63,341 bases of DNA, filler included, from Hyphochytrium catenoides (GCA_900088475.1; 5 parts of 5 records of this genome joined end to end with filler, not necessarily neighbours in it), one strand, 5' to 3'; positions 38,419-49,938 are shown, counted from the whole stretch's first letter. The notes: generated by a model from the letters alone, not told the origin. Numbers and translations: made by a program.

Positions 38419-39468
38419 AACAGTTGAGCATCCATAAAGAGGATTGTACGAGCATCGCCTTGAATCCTCTTCTTTCGACAACCCTCCTACGCCCTGTTGG
38501 GGGTCAGTGCTACTACCATTACCACCACAGTGCCACGACGGTACTCCCGTTTGATTGTTGGTGCTTGCTGTTGCTGCTGTGCCATCTTGTCGCCCTCAGC
38601 CAGCGGCCAGGATGCGCCGCAGGGAGAAGGACCTGCACATTACTGCCTTAGCAGCTATCAAACACGGACGCCCCACATTCTGGTCCTGGTGATGAGGAAG
38701 GCATGGTGAATGATATCAAGTACTAGTCATTAAGAAGCAAGAGTAGTAAGTAGAACAAAGGACTTAAGAGAACTTGGTGAGATTCATGAAGAGAGATCGA
38801 CAGGGAATAGTGGCCAGAGAGACACGAGAAGAAGTGGTTGAGAGCTCAACAATCAAGACCAGCCACAGCTGGGTATGCGGTTGGAAGTCGCTGTGTTACG
38901 GTCTCTTGGATGAGACCTGAGCCACAGCAACACTCTGATGTCCGCCGATTCGTAGCATGTCAACTACCGTTAGCCTCAACGATATCCTCTAATTGCATCA
39001 TCTGTCTCTTGGGTGGCGCGTTGAGAATGTTTATTGGTTCGCTCTGTTTGCTTTCATGCCTGTGCAGAAAGCGACTCTCCATCCAGTTCTCGACGAGAGT
39101 CCTGAGACCAGTACGGCATGTCTTCAAGGCTTTATTGAATGCCAGCATCATATAGAGCGCCATCGCTAGATATCACTTCTCAAGGACAATGTGACCAGAA
39201 ACCTTAGACGACGATATTAACGGTTGACCATATCTTCTGCGCACTGGCCCTCACAAAAGGGGGTAGCAAAGAGCAGAGCCGCCACGGTGCTAGGACCCAG
39301 GGGCACATAACCCGTCGACGTCCCTCCTGGGAGAAGACTCATTAAGATAGGGCCTCAGTGTGCCCATGATAAATAATCGCTAGGACACAGAAAGTGCTTT
39401 CAATAATCTATGGCATGCGGCATTTGGGGGTATGGAGCTGCATACACGGCGTAATGCTTGGCCCCTGC

Positions 39469-40177
39469 TTAGTCAAGAGGTGCAGAATGATGATGTTCAT
39501 CCTCTTCGTCTACCAATGAGTCGTCCGGTTGTTGCCGCGAGACAGCGTACTCTTGCTTGGCTCGTAGGTGTTCTTCCCTCTGCTTCTCTGCTATCCGCTC
39601 ATATTTCTGGCCGAGGTAAGACGTTCAGCCGATGCAGTCAATAGCTCTAGCTGCGTAAATTTTGGCTTGCCTTTTTTTCTCTCTCTGGGGTATCACGCCA
39701 CATTTCCCCTGCAAGGACCATGATATCCTGCATACTAAGGTTCGGATGCTTCGCTCGCAGCTTTTCTCTGTGCTCGTTGGCAAATATCATATCTGCGGAT
39801 GTCACGGACAATAGTTGTTAGGGAACCGCAGGACTCTATGGCCACAGACACGTACATGAACTCAATGGAGCCCTGGGATCGGGTGTGGAGGTCCGGAGCG
39901 ATGGTGAAGCGTAGGTGTAAGAGGTGAGAAGGAGCGGCACAGGCATAAGGAGGCGAGGAATCACTTACTTGGGTGCATTGGGGTCTCGCTTCCGCTTCTT
40001 TCTTCTACCGTCCTTAGAGGCCAGAGCGGAAGCTCGAGCTTCCATCTCTTGGCGTTTACTGTCCAACTTTTCTAAGTGCTCTACATATCGAGTGATGGCG
40101 TCCGCAGCCTCTCGGAATGCGCAAGCCAGGGTTGCTTCTACGGTAGTTAGACCTTTCAGCTTCTTTTTAGGAGGCAT
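39469..40177 (-). CDS. HMG-box protein (Nhp6/Hmo1/HMGB-like), 4 exons
   Basis: Spliced product: ...RRKKRKRDPNAPK|APLSSY|MIFANEHREKLRAKHPNLSMQDIMVLAGEMWRDTPEREKK|KYERIAEKQREEHLRAKQEY...LD*. This is a canonical HMG box with an acidic tail. Confidence 0.93.
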
Positions 40178-41541
40178 TTTGACTTCGAAAAGCCCCAACT
40201 TGCAAGCCTAGAACCCCTGCTGGCACGGCTGTAGCCAACTCTGATACTCTAGTCGGTACTGGGGTATTGGCGATCGATTCTTCAGAGAGTAGGCTGGCGA
40301 TCAGAGCAAGAGTAATGAAAGTAGATCGGAGGAGGTGCCTCTGGCCGCTAGGAGGACTGATGAGGGGATAAACGACGCTAGAGTCTCAACAAAATCTTCA
40401 CGCACGGCAATAGTCCAGCCCAAGGCAAGAGGACAAGGCAAGAGGATGAAAGTCCGTGGATGACAAATCGCACACGCACAGGAGGAGAGACGCAGGCTCG
40501 CCGTCTCGTTAATCCTTCCGTCTGCAGCTCCGGTCTCGGTCTCTGGTCATCACAGGCCTGCCTCCTCCGCGCGCCCGAGTGTCTGATCTCTGGAATGCCG
40601 GATTGTCGCCGCTTCTGAAGCTTTCAAACTACTTTTTTTGAAGACAAGAAACAGGAGTATAATTCACACATTAATCACATTCCATGCCAATTATCCACAC
40701 AAGCGGCGCTTGTTCAAATTGTAAATTCACAGGAAATGGTAGGGTCCCAACCAAACCCCTGACAGATTCCTTGTCAACCTTGTATTAATTGACAAAAAGA
40801 CAGGATGCCTCATTCTTAACAGACATGGGGATAGCCGCTAACCGTTAGAGACGAAAGGCCGTTCTGTTTGGTGTGAGAAGCAGCGATGACGCTCCGGCTC
40901 TGCATGAATGCCAAGGGCCAAGGGCCCGAAGGTGTCGCGCCGTCTCTCCTCCTGCCCGCCCATGTCCTCATCCACAGCAAGGGCTTCCAGCGTGACTCTG
41001 GACGCTGAAGTGCATCACTCCGTGGCCGCTGTAGGACGTACAAGGCTTAACATGAGGCGTTGAAGGAGGAGCTACTGTCCAGGCGATGGCAAGGCGTGAG
41101 GTGGTTCATAGACACAAGCGAGGGCAAGAGCGAGACTGCTCTATGTAGGACTTTAGCTCAAGCGAAGCTGCGCAGTACTGCTCATGACCAGAGAAAAGGC
41201 ATAGAGGCAGCTACATAAATCCACTTATGGCGGTGCTTTCAAGGCAGTGAACCTGAGATCGGGCGAAGAGAACGGTACGTGGCGGCTAAACTGCCCAGGC
41301 GTCTGGGTAAGGCGTCGTTGTACGCAAGCTGGAGACAGAAGATAGAGCCAGCTCAAGGCCTGTCGGACGGATTCTTCCGACCGCAGACTTGGGCCGGCTG
41401 ACACCTCGGCAGCTTGATAGAGATGAGCGGCCAGGCAGTGATGGCAGAACCCAGCGAAGATCGTTGCAGATCGACCAGTTGGCAGAACAGACCTCAAAGC
41501 TAGTATCTGAGGCCGCTGCACTAAGAAAATCACAAGTTCAA

Positions 41542-42303
41542 ATGGAGGAACAAGACATCTTCGCCGCTCCAGATCTCTTCATAGAGTCAATCACTTCGAC
41601 TTGTGAAGACCCACGGTATGAGCCCGGCAACCTCCTCGCCGAGCGAGAGCGAGGGCTATCAGAAAAGAAAGGATGGGTGACAACAGGGCTATTCCCTCAC
41701 GAGTTATTTATTAGAACAAAGATGCCTATCAGGCCCGTCCAGCTCAAAGTGATCTGTTGCTCTGTCCAGTCTATTGAAGTCTACTGCACAGACAGCAGCA
41801 GTCTGAACTCTTCAGCACGCATTGGGTCATTGACCTTGGGAAAGGTGGACGACGAGCAGGAGATCCAAGAACAAAGCTTAGCCTTCCCTTCTGACCAAAC
41901 AGGCAGCGGAAGACTTATTTCGTTGAGGATAACAGGATCAGGAGACTTTGCGCGCATTGTGGCGGTCTCTCTCTCTGCAGTGGGAAGCAACCAGCCAAAT
42001 TCTTCCATTCGACGGCATAGCTTCTCGGGCACTTCGACTAGCTCCAATGAGGAGATGGGCATGGATAATGAGCCCAAACAGCGTGATAAAGCGCCAAACG
42101 TTGCTGTGAGGGCAATGAAGTTGAACCTGGGCAAACTCTCATCGAATAGTCCAGAGAACGCCTCAACCCCGGGGTCTTGGAGCTCTTCTCCTGTCTTTCA
42201 AGGGCGGGCGGGTGTTCTCTCGTCACATGCCGTCTACCAGCCCAAGCCAGGCTTCACGCCGAGAAGTGCAAGACGGCGAAGCTTTGGAGGAACAAAGAGT
42301 TGA
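41542..42303 (+). CDS. IFT25/HSPB11-like jelly-roll domain protein with a Ser-rich C-terminal extension
   Basis: ITSTCEDPRYEPGNLL...WVTTGLFPHELFI...VQSIEV...EIQEQSL...ISLRITGSGDFARIVAVS parallels IFT25 (ATSSDEKHPPENII...WTTTGMFPQEFII...LRFII...FASVHSVS). The first in-frame ATG is 41542, although the frame is open from 41389. Confidence 0.7.
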   Translation: MEEQDIFAAPDLFIESITSTCEDPRYEPGNLLAERERGLSEKKGWVTTGLFPHELFIRTKMPIRPVQLKVICCSVQSIEVYCTDSSSLNSSARIGSLTLGKVDDEQEIQEQSLAFPSDQTGSGRLISLRITGSGDFARIVAVSLSAVGSNQPNSSIRRHSFSGTSTSSNEEMGMDNEPKQRDKAPNVAVRAMKLNLGKLSSNSPENASTPGSWSSSPVFQGRAGVLSSHAVYQPKPGFTPRSARRRSFGGTKS

Positions 42304-42353
42304 CCACACCCTCAAAAAGACTATTCTGATTCCTCAGGGACACTTCCCTTCCC

Positions 42354-43472
42354 TTACCGTGCTAGGGATGCAGCAACTACTTCTCTTTCAGCGTTGATAT
42401 CTTCCTTCCACTCTTGCTCTTCCTCATCTTTTTCTTCCTCTTGCTCTTCCTCGTCCTCTTCTTGAGGATGCAGCCATGCCCCTTCTGTTAGTGCTGTGTA
42501 TACGACATTAAGCGGCAATCCTAGAGAGGAGAGTTGCCGAGTCTTTTCTACGTCCTTAAGGTGGCTCCCACTAAGAATCCTTTCCAGCACTGCCGTCAGC
42601 TTCTTCAGTCTCTTTCCTTCTCTATTGCCTTCCATGACATGGGCGACCTTGTTGTCCCTTGTCTGAGGTGGTCTCTGGGCTAGGGGACGGGGACTGAGGG
42701 AGGACGCTTGATTGTGCTCCCGTAGCCACTGATTCTCCTCAAGAAGTCTAGTGATGAGGCTGTTGCTTGCCTTGCAACGTTCACAAGGAAGGGCTTCTAC
42801 TCTTTCCAGGTTGCCCTCCATCTTATGGCTTCGCCCTAAGTCTTTGTTTGAAGCCTCTTGGCGAGCTGCATCGCCCTTGGAAGATCTAAAAGCTGCATGA
42901 AGGCCGCTGTAGGAGGATAAGATCTTCCGTGTTTCCTCTTTGTTCTTCCTCTCGTCATCTCGACTGCCGCTAAGCAACCGTCGTTCAGATGTGACGCTTC
43001 GCCTTTCTCTTGTGAGCTTGCTTTCGAGCTCCAGAGAACGCCTTCTCTTTTCTTGAGTGAGAGCATTCTCCTCTTGAAAAGAAGAGCGCTGTTGCTTGTA
43101 CCTGGCGTAAAGCTCTCGTACCTCTCTCAATGTTTGCTCTTCTAGTTGTCGTCTCTCTCTCTCCTGAGCGACGAGTTCCTCGGCAGTCATAATCCTCATG
43201 CTGCCTCGGAACTGGCTGGCGATTTCCTTCACACTTGGCCGCCGAGGCCTTATTTCTGTAGTTACGCCATATGTAGAGACAGCGTCTAGGGAAGAGGAGG
43301 AAGCTACGCAGATGGAGGATGCTTTCTCAGTCATTATCGGCTGTGAGCAAGCTACCGTCATATCAGAACATGTTATAGCCCCTGAACTGGTGGCCGCCGG
43401 TCCCTGCTCGTGTGTGCTTTCTGACTCTGAGCGTTCACTGGGCAGCAAAAGCTTTCTTGAGCTTGCCTCCAC
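42354..43472 (-). CDS. Hypothetical coiled-coil protein with an acidic C-terminus; start uncertain
   Basis: 372-codon open frame with E/R/Q-rich heptads. Its stop converges on the IFT25-like stop about 50 bp away. Confidence 0.6.
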   Translation of the reverse strand: MEASSRKLLLPSERSESESTHEQGPAATSSGAITCSDMTVACSQPIMTEKASSICVASSSSLDAVSTYGVTTEIRPRRPSVKEIASQFRGSMRIMTAEELVAQERERRQLEEQTLREVRELYARYKQQRSSFQEENALTQEKRRRSLELESKLTRERRSVTSERRLLSGSRDDERKNKEETRKILSSYSGLHAAFRSSKGDAARQEASNKDLGRSHKMEGNLERVEALPCERCKASNSLITRLLEENQWLREHNQASSLSPRPLAQRPPQTRDNKVAHVMEGNREGKRLKKLTAVLERILSGSHLKDVEKTRQLSSLGLPLNVVYTALTEGAWLHPQEEDEEEQEEEKDEEEQEWKEDINAEREVVAASLAR

Positions 43473-43739
43473 TGATCGTCACTCCTTATGTCGGACACTC
43501 CATACTTGAGGGCACCCGTCTGGGCTTGACGGTTCTCAACTTCTCAAGCGGGCAATCGAGACCTCTCTCTCTCTGTCTCCCCTTCTCTTGTCTCTTCCTC
43601 TCTCCCTGTCTTCACAGCCTAGCCACTCTGTCTCACTGATCCTGTCTCTCTGTGTCTCTCTTGCTTCTTTCTCCTCTCCCCAACTCTGGCTTGACCTTTC
43701 GCTTTGATAGTGGCCTTGTAACCCCTCCCCACCCACCCG

Positions 43740-43839
43740 NNNNNNNNNNNNNNNNNNNNNNNNNNNNNNNNNNNNNNNNNNNNTTAATTAATTAANNNNN
43801 NNNNNNNNNNNNNNNNNNNNNNNNNNNNNNNNNNNNNNN
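43740..43839. other. Artificial contig-joining spacer
   Basis: 44N-TTAATTAATTAA-44N. Confidence 0.97.
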
Positions 43840-46800
43840 AGCGAGCTGTTGATCACAGGCTGGAAGATTAAGGTCGCAGACAAGAAAGTCGACGCCACCC
43901 CGCTCTTCCGCTGCTCACAGCACACAGACCTCGTGCAGGATCTTCTCTGCATCCCAGAGTTTGACCTCTTCGTCTCATGTAGCCTTGACAGACAGATTAA
44001 CGTGTGGAGTCTCTCTTCGGGAGCTTTGCAAGGTAGGAGAGTGGGCCACAAGCAAGGAGTTCGCTGCCTTGCGTATGCGGGGGGAGGAGTCTTTCTCTCC
44101 GCGGGCTTTGAGTTTGAGATCTTTGCCTGGGACCTCTCAGGGGTAACAGAAGAAAGTCTCTTCTCTCTTCGAGGGCATCACGCCCCCGTTGTGGCTCTGC
44201 AGACCATGCAAAACACTCGTCAGGCTCTCTCGCTTGACGCTGAGGGTACCTTTAAGTGGTGGAACCTCAAGATAACAACGAAAGACGTGGACACGGATCG
44301 GTGTATCCAGACCTTTGCAGCAAGAAGAGACGGGCTAAGCAAATGGACTCCAAACTCTTTCACTGTCATCTCTTCGGGCGGAGGTAGTATAGCGGCTGCG
44401 GGCTATAAACTCAGGCTGTTCGAGCTCGTGTCTGGCAAGCCCCCGGATCACTTCTCCTGCACCGCTCTCTATAACTCTGTCTCGCAAACATTTCTCACGA
44501 CCACAGATAGAGATATCAAGATCTGGGATGCTCGGACGGGGATTCTAAGGAATATCTTCCGTTCCATCTCGGACACAGAGATCACGTGCGTGGCGTTTGA
44601 CGCGAGGAGAAGGAAGTTTGTCCTTGCGAATCAAGGGGGCGAAGTGCGAGTGCACAATCTTCTCAATGGCGTCCTAATGCATTCTTATGAGAGCCATGAC
44701 AGCGAGGTCTCTGCTATTGCCTATGGGGAGGAAGAAAAATGCGTAATCTCAACGTCTTGGGATAGAAGTATTCGCGTCTACGATGAGTGCAACAGCCATG
44801 ACCTCCTCCGCTGTGTGTACAATGCTCATAGTCAGGACATTACGACCATGGTCTACTCTTCCTCGCTCTCTCTCGTCGCGACAGGGTCGATAGAGGGAGT
44901 AGTTAGGGTATGGGACTTCTGCTTTCTCTCCCTGGAGGGTTCTCTCCTTATGAAGTCTCCTGCAGAGATCACAGCGCTCCTTTTCTTCTCTCCTTTCCCA
45001 CTCCTTCTAGGCTGTGATGTGGATGGGAAGGTGGCGGTATGGACGGTCAGGCCTTGGTCTGCTGCCTCGCCTGCACGATATACGGAAGTGGCTTCCTTTC
45101 AGAACTATGGACACCGGTCAGCAGCTTACTATGGCGGAGAGAGATATGAGGACCAGGAGGAGGGAGATGACGATTCGAAGCAGGAGGAAGAAGGCGATGT
45201 TTTCTCTCCTGTCCCCGTTACCTCTGTTGCCTTAGTCCCTTTAGAGCAAGTCAAGGATCGGAAAGGAGTTGCTGAGACTGTTACTGCCCTACTAGCGCTT
45301 GGAGACGACTCTGGCTCAATCTCTCTTTGGCACCTTCAAGGGTTAATAGACAGGCTTCGGATAAAGCCATGCCCACCTCGTACTTCTGGAAAGCTGAACT
45401 ATAGGAGAAAGATCAAGAGAGACCAAGCAGAGGCAGAGCGCCAAGAAGGAGCTGGAGGACTAGGTGCAGTAGCAACAACAGCAGCAAGGGGAGGAGAGAG
45501 AAGTCCACAGAGTAGCCCAGACATAAAGTCAGCTCAGGCTCGACTTTCTCTGGCACTAGAGAAACAGCAAGCTCTGGCTTTGAGCCGGTCGTTAAGTGGG
45601 TCGAAAAGTCAGTCTTCTCTCCCTTTCTCTTCATCTCTGACTCCTGACTACCACTTTGTCCGATGCTGGAGAGCCCATCAGGGGGAAATTGCCTCGCTTC
45701 AGTGGCTTGAACAGCAGGAAATGCTTCTTTCTTGCTCGGAGGACAAGGAGGTAAAGCTATGGACCTTAGGTGGACAGCTTGTGGGGATATTGACTCGAAA
45801 CGAGGCCCCTGCCTCCAATTATGTGCGATATGCCTGGGATTTTCCTGCTAATCTTGAGAAAGACAATGAAAAGAAGGAGGAGAGAGCGGTAGAAATATTC
45901 AAGCACGTGACAGCGGAAAGAAATGGACGGAAAAGAGAACAGGAAGACAGAAAGAACTTGGCGGAAGAGATGCACCGCCTTTCAGTAGCAAAGAGGAGAG
46001 AACTGCTAGAGAAAGAAATGCGCCTGGCAGGCTACGATGGCGGTTTAGCCTCTCTTCAGCAGGACTCTCTCCTTTTTGCATTCCCTTCTTCCTCTCCTCA
46101 GACGTCTGCGAGAGGCTCTGTAGCAGCTGGAAGCAAAAGAGCAAGCCGTCTCAGTGTCCTCCTCTCTCTCTCCAGCGCCGGGGACGGCTCTGTGTCTGTC
46201 GCTGTCCCTTCATCTTCTGCTTCTGCGGAGCAGGCAGCACGTCGTCCCATAGCCGGTGAAGCAGGAGCGTCTCCTGCCTCTTCTTCTCTTCAAAACAGGC
46301 CCACGGAAGAGAGAGGCAACGCAGGAGGTGGAAAGAGCATGTTGGAGAATAGGAAGCGGCTTCTAGAGCAACTCAGGGGGAAACAGACGTGGATCCGCAC
46401 ACCCCAAGAGATAGCCCGTGAAGCTGCCCTTGAGAAAGAGCAGAAGAAGAGAGAGAAGCTTCAGAAGAGAAGAGGCTCTGGCTTTCTCCCTCCTTCTGCC
46501 CTAGAATCGGCCGCTCATGTACAGGACTTTTCTCCTGACGTCTCCTTGCCGTCTAATGAGGAGAAGGAAAGAGGAGTGGGAGACATATCTGCGCCTTCTC
46601 CTTCTCCCTCCTCTTCCTCCTCCCCAAGGAAGGATGACCACGGCAGGGCGAGCTCTCTGATCAACTCTGACGAAGGAGAAGGCGCCTCCATCGCTGAAAA
46701 GGCTAACTGGGGCGTTGGAAGTTTGGACCGCCAGCGGCGAATGTACAGCCACTTGTACACAGAGATGGAGAGAAATAGTGCAAAGAAAGAGGGCAAGGAA

Positions 46801-47088
46801 GGAAGAGATAAGCTCTCTCTCTGTTCTCTCTCTGACCAGGTGGAGATAGAGAGGAAGCTAAGCCAGCTACCAGCCATCCAGCACACGGAAATGCTAAGTA
46901 AGAAGTTTGTCGCAGGACGAGAACGTGGCTCTCTTCTTCTCTTCTCCTCTCCTCCTTCTCCTCCAATAGGAGAAGAGAGAAAGGTAGAAGAAACAAGAAG
47001 AACGTCACTGGCGCGGGCGGGCGTCTCTCTTATCAGAGAGAGTATCGGAGAACCTCCATCATCGGCAACTTCACCTTCCAAGTACTAA
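43840..47088 (+). CDS. WD40-repeat protein (WDR49/WDR64/EFCAB8-like family), 5'-truncated by the contig edge
   Basis: Over 1,070 uninterrupted codons with many WD repeats (SCSLDRQINVW, GHKQGV, GHHAPV, IKIWD, STSWDRSIRVYD, ATGSIEGVVRVWD, SCSEDKEVKLW). ITCVAFDARRRKFV...NG suggests the WDR49-like group. The C-terminal third is low complexity. Confidence 0.85.
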   Translation, partial: SELLITGWKIKVADKKVDATPLFRCSQHTDLVQDLLCIPEFDLFVSCSLDRQINVWSLSSGALQGRRVGHKQGVRCLAYAGGGVFLSAGFEFEIFAWDLSGVTEESLFSLRGHHAPVVALQTMQNTRQALSLDAEGTFKWWNLKITTKDVDTDRCIQTFAARRDGLSKWTPNSFTVISSGGGSIAAAGYKLRLFELVSGKPPDHFSCTALYNSVSQTFLTTTDRDIKIWDARTGILRNIFRSISDTEITCVAFDARRRKFVLANQGGEVRVHNLLNGVLMHSYESHDSEVSAIAYGEEEKCVISTSWDRSIRVYDECNSHDLLRCVYNAHSQDITTMVYSSSLSLVATGSIEGVVRVWDFCFLSLEGSLLMKSPAEITALLFFSPFPLLLGCDVDGKVAVWTVRPWSAASPARYTEVASFQNYGHRSAAYYGGERYEDQEEGDDDSKQEEEGDVFSPVPVTSVALVPLEQVKDRKGVAETVTALLALGDDSGSISLWHLQGLIDRLRIKPCPPRTSGKLNYRRKIKRDQAEAERQEGAGGLGAVATTAARGGERSPQSSPDIKSAQARLSLALEKQQALALSRSLSGSKSQSSLPFSSSLTPDYHFVRCWRAHQGEIASLQWLEQQEMLLSCSEDKEVKLWTLGGQLVGILTRNEAPASNYVRYAWDFPANLEKDNEKKEERAVEIFKHVTAERNGRKREQEDRKNLAEEMHRLSVAKRRELLEKEMRLAGYDGGLASLQQDSLLFAFPSSSPQTSARGSVAAGSKRASRLSVLLSLSSAGDGSVSVAVPSSSASAEQAARRPIAGEAGASPASSSLQNRPTEERGNAGGGKSMLENRKRLLEQLRGKQTWIRTPQEIAREAALEKEQKKREKLQKRRGSGFLPPSALESAAHVQDFSPDVSLPSNEEKERGVGDISAPSPSPSSSSSPRKDDHGRASSLINSDEGEGASIAEKANWGVGSLDRQRRMYSHLYTEMERNSAKKEGKEGRDKLSLCSLSDQVEIERKLSQLPAIQHTEMLSKKFVAGRERGSLLLFSSPPSPPIGEERKVEETRRTSLARAGVSLIRESIGEPPSSATSPSKY

Positions 47089-47624
47089 GATCAACAAGGG
47101 ACGACCCGTCAAATTGTCCAGTTTATGGTCACGCTATTGCTTTTCAGACGTAGCGCGTGATAAAGAGGATCGCCTTCGAGGGGACAGTGAGTGAGAGAAG
47201 GAACAGAGAGAGAAAGCGGGCTAGGGAAAGGAGGTTGAGAGCGGTAGGGAGAGGTACGCTTAGCTCTTGTGGTCTATGCCGCAGTCGCTTCCCAAAATTT
47301 ATTACAGAGGAAAGGAGGAAGTGAGCCTCATAACGTCTGACTGACTCTCTAAAAATATTCTGGGCTTCTGGATGGTCAACTTGCGGAACTTTGAAAGTCT
47401 CCCTCTCCCTTTCTCTCTCTCTCTCTCTTCCTCCCTACATCTACCCTTCTCTGTCTCTTATCCCTTCACCCGCTATCTCCTCTCTTTGCATGATAAAGAG
47501 TTCTTGCTCTCTCACGCTGCCACCTCTCCTCTTCTTGTCCCTCCCCTCAGACCCGCGAGCCTTCACTGATCCTTCACCTTATCGGTTCCCTGCCAAGAGG
47601 ACTCTTTCGTTCCCATAAAGACGG

Positions 47625-48351
47625 TCATTCAACCTTCTTCCCTGTGACCATCTTGTCTGTCTTTCTCTTTCTAGCACTCCTGAAGAAGCTCCTCGTAGCG
47701 TAGACTGCGACCCAGAAAAGAACGACAAAGGGAAACGCCAAAGTGGCAAACCACTTCAGCTTGTTGGCGTCAGAGCTAAACGCAGCGAGCTCTGACCACT
47801 GCAGCGCTCCTCCTCCTGACGCTCCTGNNNNNNNNNNNNNNNNNNNNNNNNNNNNNNNNNNNNNNNNNNNNNNNNNNNNNNNAGAGATCTTCAAAGACAT
47901 CCAGAGCCACCACGAGAGTGGGGAGAGAATATGAGGCCTCAAAGGCCCCAAGAAGTATGGGACTTACTTCTGCTCGCTCTTCCTCCGTCTCGCCCTGAGA
48001 CTTTCTCCTCAACCAGCCCAAGATCAGACACCACGCAGCCCCATAACTTGGAATCACAAAGAACAGATCTACGAGCTCGTAGATGATGTACCAGCGTCTG
48101 CCATCGCCTCCTAAGCGCTGCAAGAAGTGCAGAAGATACTCCTCAGTATAGCCAAAGTGCGCGTCATCGGGCAGCCCTGCTGCAGCACCAGCTGTGAAAG
48201 CAGCAGCAAGAGAGGTCACGGAGGACTCCTCAAGCACTCGTTCTTTCAGATTAAGAGAGATAACGTAGCTAACGAGGAAGGCTAAGGCGGCGAAAAAGAG
48301 GTTTCTTGGCTTGCTGGCTAATCGCTCACTGAGTGAGGAGACATACCCCAT
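47625..48351 (-). CDS. Uncharacterised multi-pass membrane protein, paralog 1 (spans the N gap at 47828-47882)
   Basis: DAHFGYTEE....FLQRLGGDGRRWYIIYELVDLFFVIPSY...LPTLVVALDVFED, then after the gap KLKW...KKVE*. Aligns with the gene at 49939-50649. Confidence 0.8.
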
Positions 48352-48799
48352 CGTCCCCTCCGCTGCTTCAAGAGCTGAAGGATGTTGCCTTTCTACGCCG
48401 AGGAGGACGTATAAACTTTCTTCGTTGGCAGCTTCCGCCTCAGTAAACGTCTAAAGGCGCTTGTGCAGCTTACGGCCAGCAGTGTACTCGCTATTTCTCT
48501 GTCTCGTCTCTTGCCATTAACGTTGTCTACGCGTCTCTCTCTCTCTCTTTCTGTCGGCGCTCTCTCTCACTCTCTCTTCACGTCGTCTTCTATATAATCT
48601 CTCCTCTCTGGTCAACTCTGTCGCGCTCTCCGGGGCCATTATCTTCATCCATCACGGCAACGGACGACAGCTGCAGACCTTTGGAGTTTCCCTTTCTCCC
48701 TTCCTCCTGTAACATGAGAAGGCACAGGTAGCGGGTAACGCTCAGGATCTGTGTTCTCATGTTCTGCGAAGGGTTTTGTGTTTCTGTGGGTGTTACTAC

Positions 48800-49015
48800 C
48801 TTTCTCTCTCTCTCTCTCTCCCTCGCTCTGTCTCTCTGTCTGTCTCTCTCTGTCACTTCGTCTGTAGGCCCCTCTCTCTCTCTCTGTGTGTCTCTCTGTC
48901 TCTCCCTCTCTCTCTCTCTCTCTCTCTCCCTCTCTCTCGCGCTCTCTCGTTCTCTTCGTCTCCTCTCTTCCTCTCTCTCTCTCTTTGTCTCCCCATCTCT
49001 CCGTCTCTCGCTTCC
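48800..49015. repeat. (CT)n microsatellite tract between the two membrane paralogs
   Basis: Long imperfect CT dinucleotide run. Confidence 0.9.
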
Positions 49016-49938
49016 TCACTCATCCGCTTGTACAAGGTTTATGTTCCGCCCCATCCGCTATTTGAAGTTCTGTTCCGCTTCACCACCTTAGCTTCACATC
49101 CTCCGGCAGAGTTTCCTCTTCAACTGTAAAGAGATCCGGTCAGCTGGGCCTAACCCCTTCCCTCGGCTAACCATAAATAAGAGTAAAATGGCCGAGCTTT
49201 CAAAGCTTCTGGCCTGGTGATAGAGCTTCCGGCGCAACAAGAGGTTGAGCAAGTTAGCTATCTTTCGCCTTTCTCAAAAAGAGCTTGCTGCCTTGCTGAA
49301 GGCGCACCTGTGTCACGATATCATATGGCCAGTGTCCTAGACCTCGTCATCTTCATGAGACCCATAAGCGTGCCTCAGCCATGGAGGGAGCTTGGAAGAG
49401 ATGAACTCTGTACTAGCAGACGTCTTATACATACTGTTAGCTCATCCTTTAACATTAGCTCCAGGAAGACCGTTGCTAGATCTCGATGCCTAGAGTCCTC
49501 GCCAGCGCCAGCGAACAAGGTAAAGACACGCAAGCATAATCGCCATTCAAGTGCTAGAGCCTCGTGTGATCTTAAACCCCAATGACAGAGTTAGAATAGC
49601 GCTTCTAAGCAGCGATAGTGGGCCAAGTAGTGCCCGACCATGAGAGTGGAGTTAGGACTGCAAGAAGATTCTGTGTCATTAGGTTGGAGATTCCTTTGTT
49701 GCCAGGCAAGGAGCTTATGCTTCCTTGTTTGGCCAAAGTAAAGACACCCTTTCTACATATGAGCCCTTTCTATCTCAAACCAGAAATTAAGGAGTCTGCA
49801 AGGTGGAAAAACCGGCGCTGGTTGGCGTGAGTAGAGTGTAGGGAACGACAGAGAACGTCCTAGCATCATGCAGAGATCATCATTGACAACAAATGTGTCG
49901 TGCATTGTAAACTTTGGAAAGATAAGATCTGCCAGGCG

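Noticed and set aside
13166-47088. Window-wide ciliary gene cluster (CC2D2A, IFT25-like, WD40)
   Set aside because: These genes lie on different artificially joined contigs. Only the Sfi1-CC2D2A adjacency is real.
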